From the human T2T-CHM13v2.0 reference genome, Homo sapiens, in NCBI RefSeq assembly GCF_009914755.1, contig NC_060945.1: a stretch of DNA of 64,000 bases. One strand, written 5' to 3'. Position 1 is the stretch's first letter. Each line of letters begins with the position of its first letter. Shown piece after piece: positions 53,801 to 64,000 of this stretch. The position numbers and the translations under genes are program-made. Under the pieces are notes generated by a model. It was not told the DNA's origin and ran no database searches. It worked only from the letters and a program-made list of their open reading frames with translations.

Positions 53801-56405
53801 ACCCTAAAGCACTCCAAATGTCCACTTGCAGGTTCTACAAAAAGAGTCTTTCCAAAATGCTCAATCAAAAGAAAGGTTCAACTCTGTGAGAGGAATACAC
53901 GCATCACAAAGAAGTTTCTCAGAATTCTTCTGTCTAGTTTTTATGTGTAGATATTTCCTTTTGTACCATAGGACTCAAAGGGCTCCAGTGGTCCCCATGC
54001 AGATTCTGCAAAAAAAGAGTTTCAAACTTCTCAATAAAAAGAAAGGTTTAACTCTGAGAGATGAATGCACACATCGCAAAGAAGTTTCTCAGACTCTTTC
54101 TCTCTAGATTTTATGTGAAGATATTTCCTTTTCTGCCATAGGCCACAAAGTGCTGCAAATGTTGTTTCAGATTTTACAAAAAGAATGTTTCCATACTGCT
54201 CAATCAAAAGAAAGGTTCAACTCTGTGAGATGAATGCACACAACACAAAGACATTTCTCAGAATTTTTCTGTCTAGTTTTTATGTGAAGATATTTCCTTT
54301 TGCACCATAGGCCTCAAAGCGCTCCAAATGTCCACTTGCAGATTCTACAAAAAGAGAGTTTCAAAACTGCTCAATCAAAAGCAAGTGTTAACTCTGTGAG
54401 ATGAATGCACACATAAAAAAGAAGTTTCTCAGATTACTTCTGTCTAGATTTTATGTGAAGATATTTCATTTTCTACCATAGGCTGCAAAGCGCTCCAATA
54501 TCCACTTGCAGATTCTTCAAAAAGAGATTTGCAAAACTGTTCAATCAAAAGAAAGTGTTAACTCTGTGAGATTAATGCACACATCACAAAAAAGTTTCTC
54601 AGATTGCTTCTGTCTAGATTTTATGTGAAGATATTTCCTTTTCTACCATAGGCTGCAAAGCACTCCAAATGCCCTCTTGCAGATTCTACAAAAAAAGTGT
54701 TTCCAAACTTCTTAATCAAAAGAAATGTTCAACTCTGTAAGATGAACGCACTCTTCACAAAGAAGTTTCTCAGAATTCTTCTGTCTAGTTTTCATGTGAA
54801 AATACTTCCTTTTCCACCATAGGGCTCAAGGCGCTTGAAATGTCCACTTGCGGGTTCTACAAAAAGCATATTTCAAAACTCGTCTTTCAAAAGAAAGGTT
54901 CAACTCTAGGAGATGAAAAAACACATTGCAAAGAAGTTTTTCAGAATGTTCCTATCTAGTATTTATGTGAAGATATTTCCTTTTCCACCATAGGCATCAA
55001 AGTGCTCCAAATGTCCACTTGCAACTTCTACTAAAGGAGGGTTTCAAGACTACTCAATCAAAAGAATGTTTTAACTCTGTGAGATGAATGCACACATCAT
55101 AAAGAAGTATCTCAGATTGTTTCTTTCTAGATTTTATGTGAAAATATTTCCTTTTCTAACTTAGGCCGTAAAGTCCTCCAAATGTCCACTTGCAGATTCT
55201 ACAAAAAGAGTGTTTCCAAACGGCTCAATCAAAAGAAACATTCACCTCTGTGAGATGAACACACACATCACAAAGATGTTTCTCAGAGTTCTTCTATCTA
55301 GTTTTTATGTGAAGATATTTCCTTTTCCACCATTGTCCTCAAAGCACTCCAAATGTCCACTTGCAGACTCTACAAAAAGAGAGTTTCAAAATTGCTCAAT
55401 CAAATCAAAGGTTTAACTCTGTGAGATGAATGCTCACATCACAAAGAAGTTTCTCAGATTGCTTCGGTCTAGATTTTATGTGAGAATATTTCCTTGTCTA
55501 CCATAGTCCGCAGAGAGCACAAAAAGTCCTCTTGCAGATTCTACTAAAAGAGTCTTTCCAAACTGTTCAACCAAAGGAAAGGTTAAACTATGTGAGATGA
55601 ATGCTCACATCACTAAGAAGTTTCTAAGATTGCTTCTGTCTAGATTTTATGTGAAGATATTTCTTTTTCTACCAAAGGCGGCAAAGTGCACAAAATAGCC
55701 ACTTGCAGATTCTGCAAAAAGAGTGTTTCAAAACTGCTCAATCAAAAGAAAGGTTCAGCTCCGTGAGAAGAACGCACACATCACAATGTAGATCCACAAA
55801 ATTCTTCTGTCTGGTTTTTATATAAACATATTTTGTTTTCCACCATAGGCTTCAAAGCGTTCCAAATGTCCACTTGCAGACTCGACAAAAAGAGAGATTC
55901 AAAACTGCTCAATCAAATAAAGGTTTAATTTTGGGAGATGCATGCACACATCACAAAGAAGTTTCTCAGATTGCTTCTGTCTACAATTTAGGTGAAGATA
56001 TTTCCTTTTTTACCAGAGGAAGCAAAGCGTTCCAAATGTCCACTTGCAGATTCTACAAAAAAGAGTGTTTCCAAACTGCTCAATCAAAAGAAAGGTTCAA
56101 TTCTGTGAGATGAATGCACACATCACAATGAAGTTTCTCAGAATTCTTCTGTCTAGTTTTTATGTGAAGATATTTCCTTTTCCACCATAGACCTCAAACC
56201 GCTCCAAGTGTCCACTTGCACATTCTACAAAAAGAGAGTTTCAAAACTGCCCTATCAAAAAAGAGGTTTAACTCTGTGAGATGAATGCACATAGCACAAA
56301 GTAGTTTCTCAGATTGCTTCTGTCTAGATTTTAAGTGAAGATGTTTCCTTTTTTACCATAGGCAGAAAAGCGTCCCAAATGTCCACTTGCAGATTGTACA
56401 AGAAG

Positions 56406-56767
56406 ACTGCTCAATCAAAAGAAAGTTTCAACTCTGTGAGATGAACGCACACATCATAAAGTAGTTTCTCAGAATGTTTCTATCTAGTTTTTATGTGAAG
56501 ATATTTCCTTTTCCACCATAGGTCTCAAAGCGCTCCAAATGTTCACCTGCAGATTCTACAAAAAGAGTGTTTCTAAAATGCTCAATCCAAAGAAAGGTTC
56601 AAATATGTGAGATGAACGCACACATCACAAACAAGTTTCTCAGAATGCTTCTAGATAGTTTTTATATGAAGATATTTCCTTTTCTACCATAGGACACAAA
56701 GTGCTCTGAATGTCCACCTGAAGATTCTACAAAAACAGTGTTTCCAAACTGCTCAATCAAAAGAAAG
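56406..56767. repeat. Near-identical dispersed copy of 53179-53540 (~360 bp, 2 monomers)
   Basis: Only one mismatch seen by eye (CATCACAAAG/CATCATAAAG). Offset 3227 bp. The flanks show no comparable identity. Confidence 0.9.
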
Positions 56768-57649
56768 ATTCAACTCTGTAAGATGAACGCAGACGTCCTG
56801 AACAAGTTTCACAGAATTCTTCTGTCTAGTTTTTATGTGAAAATATTTCCTTTTCCACCTTAGGCCTCAAATTGCTCCAAAAAAAAAAAAAAAAACAGAC
56901 ATTAAAAAAAAAAAAAGATAGGTTCAACTCTGTGAGTTGAATGCACACATCACAAAGAAGTTTCTCAGATTGCTTCTGTCTAGATTTTATCTGAAGATAT
57001 TTCCTTTTCCATTAGAGGCTGCAAAGTGCTCCAAATATCCACTTGCAGATTCAACAAAAAGAGTTTTTCCAAACAGCTCTATCAAAAGAAACGTTCAACT
57101 CTGTGAGATGAATGCACACATCACAAAGAAGTTTATCAGACTGCTTTTGTCTACATTTTATGTGAAAATATTCCCTTTTCTAAAATGGGCCAAAAAGCCC
57201 TCCAAATGTCCACTTTCAGATTCCACAAAAAGAGTGTTTCAAAACTGCTCAATTAAATGTAAGATTCAATTCTGTGAGATGAATGAACACGTCACAAAGA
57301 AGTTTCTCAGAAATCTTCTGTCTAGTTTTTATGTGAAGATACTTCCTTTTCCACCATAAGCCTCAAGATGCTACAAATGTCCACTTGCAGATTCTACAAA
57401 AACCAGAGTTTCAAAACTTCTCAATCATAAGAAAGGTTCAACTCCATGAGATGAATGCACACATCAGAAAGAAGTTTCTGATTCCTTCTGTCTAGATTTC
57501 GTGGGAAGATATTTTCTTTTCTAACATGGGCCGCAAAGCGATCAAAATGTCCACTTGCAGACTCTACTAAAAGAGTGTTTCCAAACTGCTCAATCAAAAG
57601 AAAGGTTCAACTCTGTGAGATTAAATCACACATCACAAAGAAGTTTCTC

Positions 57650-58660
57650 AGAATTCTTTTGTCTAGTTTTTATGTGAAGATATTTCATTTTCGACCATAG
57701 GCCTCAAGGTGCTCGAAATGCCCACTTGCAGATACTACAAAAAGAATATTTCAAAACTGCTCAATCAAAAGAAAGGTTCAACTCTGTGAGATTAAATCAC
57801 ACATCACAAAGAAGCTTGTCAGAATTCTTCTATCTAGTTTTTATATGAAGATATTACCTTTTCCACCTTCGGCCTCAAAGCGCTCCACTACCAAATTCTA
57901 CAAAAAGAGAGTTTCAAAACTGCTCTATCAAAAGAAAGGTTTATCTCTGTGAGATGAATGCATACATCACAATGAAGTTTTTTCAGATTTCTTCTGTCTA
58001 GATTTTATGTGGAGATATTTCCTTTTCTACCATAGGCCACAAAGCAGTCCAAATATCCACTTGCAGATTGTACAAAAAGAGTGATTCCAAACTGCTCAAT
58101 CAAAATAAAGGTTCAACTCTGTGAGATAACTGCACGCATCACAAAGCAGTTTCTCAGAATTCTTCTGTATAGTTTTTATGTGAAGATATTTCATTTTCGA
58201 CCATAGGCCTCAAGGCACTCGAAATGCCCACTTGCAGATTCTACAAAAACAATATTTCAAAACTGGTCCATCAAAAGTAAGGTTCTACTCTGTGAGATGT
58301 ACACACACATCACAAAGAGGTGTTTCTGAATTTTTCTGTCCAGTTTTTATGTGAAGATATTACCTTTTCTACCATAGGACTCAAGGTGCTCCACTTGCAG
58401 ATTCTACAGAAAGAGAGTTTCAAAACAGCTCTATCAAAAGAAAGGTTTAATACTGTGAGATGAAAATATACATCATGGAGAAGTTTATCAGATTATTTCT
58501 GTTTAGATTTTGTGTGAAGATATTTCCTTTTTTACCAGAGTCCTCAAAGTGCTCCAAATATACACTTGCAGATTCTACAAAAAGAGTGTTTCTAAATAGC
58601 TCTATCAAAGGAAAGTTCAACTCTCTGAGATGAATGCACACATCGCAAAGAATTTTCTCA
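57650..58660. repeat. Old 3-monomer tandem duplication (~505 bp unit)
   Basis: TTTCATTTTCGACCATAGGCCTCAAGG..CTCGAAATGCCCAC at ~57683/58189. Both copies share an 8-bp deletion, GCTCC(AAATGTCC)ACT. Confidence 0.75.
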
Positions 58661-61600
58661 GAATTCTCTGTCTAGTTTTTACGTTCCTTTTCCACCATTG
58701 GCCTCAAAGCGCTATAAATGTCCACTTGAAGATTCTGCAAAAACGGAGTTTGAAAACTGCTCAATCAAAACAAAGTTTTAAATCTGTGAGATGAATGCAC
58801 ACATCACAAAGAAATTTCTCTGATTGCTTCTGTCTAGATGTTATGTGAAGATATTTGCTTTTCTACCATAGGCCACAAGGCACTCCCAATGTCCAATTGC
58901 AGTTTCTACAAAGAGTATTTACAAACTGCTCAATCAAAAGAAAGTTTCAACCCTGTTAGATGAATGCACACATCACAAAAAACTTTCTCAGAATTCTTCT
59001 GTCTACTTTTTATGTGAAGATATTTCCTTTTCTACCATAGGCCGCAAAACGCTCCAAATGTCCACTTGCAGATTCTACAAAAAGTGTTTCCAAACTGCTC
59101 AATCAAAAGAAAGTTTCAACTCTGTGAGATGAACGCACACATCACAAAGAAGTTTCTCAGGTTGCTTCTGTCTAGATTTTATGTGAAGATATTTCCTTTT
59201 CTTACATAGGCCAAAAAGCACTCCAAATGTCCACTTGCAGATCCTACAAAAAGAGAGTTTCAAAACTGCTCTGTCAAAAGAAAGGTTTAAATCTGTGAGA
59301 TGAATGCACACATCACAAAGAAGTTCCTCAGGTTGCTTCTGTCTAGTATTTATGTGAAGATATTTCCTTTTCTACCATGGGCTGCAAAGTAATCTAAATG
59401 TCTACTTGCACATTCCACAAAAAGTGAGTTTCAAATCTGCACTATCAAAAGAAAAAGTTTAACTCTGAGAGATGAATGCCCACATCACAAAGAAGTTTCT
59501 CAGATGGCTTCTGTCTAGATTTTATATAAAGATATTTCCTTTTCTACAATAAGCCACAAAGCGCTCCAAATGTCCACTTGCAGATACTACAAAAAGAGTG
59601 TTTCCATACTGCTCAATCGAAAGAAAATTTCAACTCTGTAAGATGAACGCACACCTCACGAAGTAGTTTCTGAAATTTCTTCTGTATAGGTTTTATGTGA
59701 AGATATTTCGTTTTCCACCATAGGCCTCAAGGCATTTCAAATATACAGTTGCAGATTCTACAATAAGGGAGTTTCAAAACTGCTCAATCATAAGTAAGGT
59801 TTAACTCTGTGAGATGAACACACACGTCACAAAGAAGTTTCTCAGATTGCTTCTGTCAATATTTTATGTGAAGATTTTTCCTTTTCTACCATAGGCCGCA
59901 AAGCTCTCCAAATGTCCACTAGCAGATTCTACAAAAAGAGTGTTTCCAAACTGCTCAATCAAAAGAAAGTTTCAACTCTGTGAGATGAATGCTCTACCTT
60001 ACAAAGGAGTTTCTCAGAATTCTTCTGCCTGGTTTTTATGTGAAGATATTTCTTTTTCCACAATAGGCTTCTAAGTGCTCCAAATGTCCACTTTCATATT
60101 CTACAAAAAGAGAGTTTCAAAACTCCTCAATCAAAAGAAAGCTTTACCTCTTTGAGTTGAATGCTCACATCACAAAGAAGTTTCTCAGATTGCTTCTGTC
60201 TAGATTTTATTTGAAGATATTTCCTTTTCTGCCATAGGCCACAAAGTTCTCCAAATGTCCACTTGCAGATTCTACAAAAAGAGTGTTTCCTTACTGCTCA
60301 ATCTAAAGAAAGGTTCAGCATTGTGAAATGAACACACACATCACAAAGAAGTTTCTCCGAATTCTACTGTCTAGTTTTTATGTGAAGATATTTCCTTTTC
60401 CACCATTGGCCACAAAGCGCTCCTGATGTCCATTTGCGGATTCAACCAAAAGAGATATTCAAAACTGCTCAAACAAAAGAAAATTTTATCTCTGTGAGAT
60501 GAATACACCCATCACAAAGAAGTTTCTCAGATTGCTTCTGTCTAGATTTTATGTGAAGATATTTCCCTTTCTACCATAGGCCGCATTGCGCTCCGTATGT
60601 CTACTTGCAGATCCTACAAAAAGAGGGTTTCCGAACTGCTCAATCTAAAGCATGGTTCAACTCTATGAGATGAACGCACACATCACAAAGAAGTTTCTCA
60701 GAATTCTTCTATCTAGTTCTTATGGGAAGATATTTCCTTTTCCACCATAGGCCACCTAGTGCTCCAAATGTCTACTTGCAGATTCTACAAAAAGAGAGTT
60801 TCAAAACTGCTCAATCAAAAAAAAATTTTAACTATGTGACATGAATGCACACATCACAAAGTAGTTTCTCAGATTGCTTCTGTCTGGAATTTATGTGAAC
60901 ATATTACCTTTTCTACAATAGGCCGCAAAGCGCTCCAAATGTCCACTTGCAGATTCTACAAAAAGAGTGATTCCAAACTGCTCAATCAAAAGAAAGGTTC
61001 AAATCTGTGATATGAATGCAGATATCACAAAGAAGTTTCTCAGAATTCTTCTGTATGGTTTTTATGTGAAGATATTACCTTTTCCACCATGGGCCTCAAA
61101 GCACTTCCAATGTACACTTGCAGATTCCACAAAAGGGAGTTTCTAAACTGCTGAATCAAAAGGAAGTTTTAACTGTGTGAGATGAATGCACACATCACAA
61201 AGAAGTTTCTGAGACTTCTTCTGTCTAGGTTTCATGTGAAAATAGTTCCGTTTTTACCATAGGCCACAGAGCGCTTCAAATGTGCACTTGAAGATTCTAC
61301 ATTAACAGTGTTTCCAAACTGCTCCATCAAAAGAGAGGTTCAACTCTGTGAAATGAACGCACACATCACAAAGAAGTATGTCGGAATTCTTCAGTCTAGT
61401 TTTTATGTTGAAGATACTACCTTTTCCACCATAGGCCTCAAAGCACTCCAATGTACACTTGCAGATTCTACAAAAAGAGAGTTTCAAAACTGCTTTATCA
61501 AAAGAAAGGTTTAACTCTGTGATATGAATGCATATATTACAAAGAAGTTTCTCAGATTTCTTCTGTCTAAATTTGATGTGAAGATATTTCCTTTTCTACC

Positions 61601-61754
61601 ATTGGCTACAAAGTGATCCAAATGTCCACTTGCAGATTCTACAAAAAGAGTGTTTCCTAACTGCTCAATCAAAAGAAAGGTTGAACTCGGTGAGGTGAAC
61701 GCACACATCCCAACAAAGTTTCTCAGAATTTTTCTGTCTAGTTTTTTTTTTTTT

Positions 61755-61798
61755 AAGAGCAGTTTGGGTTTTATTTCTTTTTTTATGTTCATAGAAGT
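61755..61798 (-). other. Short L1 3' transduction (non-L1, non-alpha sequence between two A-rich tails)
   Basis: The minus strand reads L1 end-(TAAA)n-CTTCTATGAACATAAAAAAAGAAATAAAACCCAAACTGCTCTT-(A)13. Confidence 0.75.
61770..61775 (-). terminator. AATAAA polyadenylation signal in the transduced segment
   Basis: TTTATT on the plus strand, 15 nt from the terminal polyA (T run 61742-61754). Confidence 0.7.
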
Positions 61799-62019
61799 AT
61801 TTATTTATTTATTTATTATACTTTAAGTTTTAGGGTACATGTGCACAATGTTCAGGTCAGTTACATATGTATACATGTGACATGCTGGTTCGCTGCACCC
61901 ACTAACTCACCATCTAGCATTAGGTATATCTCCCAATGCTATCCCTCCCCCCTCTCCCCACCCCACAACAGTACCCAGAGTGTGATGTTCCCCTTCCTGT
62001 GTCCATGTGTTCTCATTGT

Positions 62020-64000
<1,981 letters not shown>

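Larger units (their letters stand above)
51341..61741 (-). repeat. Divergent alpha satellite, layer C, with degenerate dimeric organisation (AAATGTCCAC monomers)
   Basis: CAGATTGCTTCTGTCTAGATTTT...TTTTCTACC monomers alternate with CAGAATTCTTCTGTCTAGTTTTT...TTTTCCACC monomers (e.g. 51374, 51544, 51714, 51885, 52054). Confidence 0.88.

Noticed and set aside
1-61741. CRISPR-like or other repeat-spacer system
   Set aside because: The whole 171-bp unit is homologous between copies. There are no unique spacers and no cas-like genes, and the context is primate satellite with L1s.
60-61792. Dozens of 60-140 aa ORFs with a recurring MNAHITKKFLRMLL...KIFPFPP motif, resembling a repeat-protein family
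   Set aside because: These are translations of the 171-bp (57-codon) alpha monomer, so frames recur by chance. Stops are scattered and there is no gene structure.
61943-61966. G-rich tract (minus strand) with G-quadruplex potential, also at ~28487-28505
   Set aside because: This is the standard L1 3'UTR polypurine tract and is not locus-specific.

Overview
This is primate (most likely human or great-ape) pericentromeric heterochromatin with no intact genes. About 55 kb is 171-bp alpha satellite in a single orientation, the reverse complement of the usual consensus. Monomers are A-type (pJalpha box) and I found no CENP-B box. From left to right: (1) 1-~7500 is the end of a 23-monomer (~3.9 kb) higher-order repeat (HOR) array, with a full copy, an 18-mer deletion variant and a truncated third copy; (2) ~7.5-13.7 kb is a divergent monomeric layer; (3) ~13.7-51.3 kb is a second layer with many fossil multi-monomer duplications, interrupted by a full-length, dead ~6.16-kb L1PA3/4-like LINE-1 (28330-34488, minus strand) that keeps the ~129-bp ZNF93-target segment; (4) ~51.3-61.7 kb is a degenerate dimeric layer; (5) 61742-64000 is the 3' end of a younger L1PA2/3-like LINE-1 carrying a short 3' transduction with its own polyA signal. 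Both L1s sit at the same position of the alpha monomer and in the same orientation. The short ORFs in the satellite are chance translations. I see no credible novel protein-coding system; the interest lies in satellite architecture and retrotransposition scars. Alignments were done by eye, so breakpoints are approximate, and subfamily and locus names rest on recalled consensus sequences.
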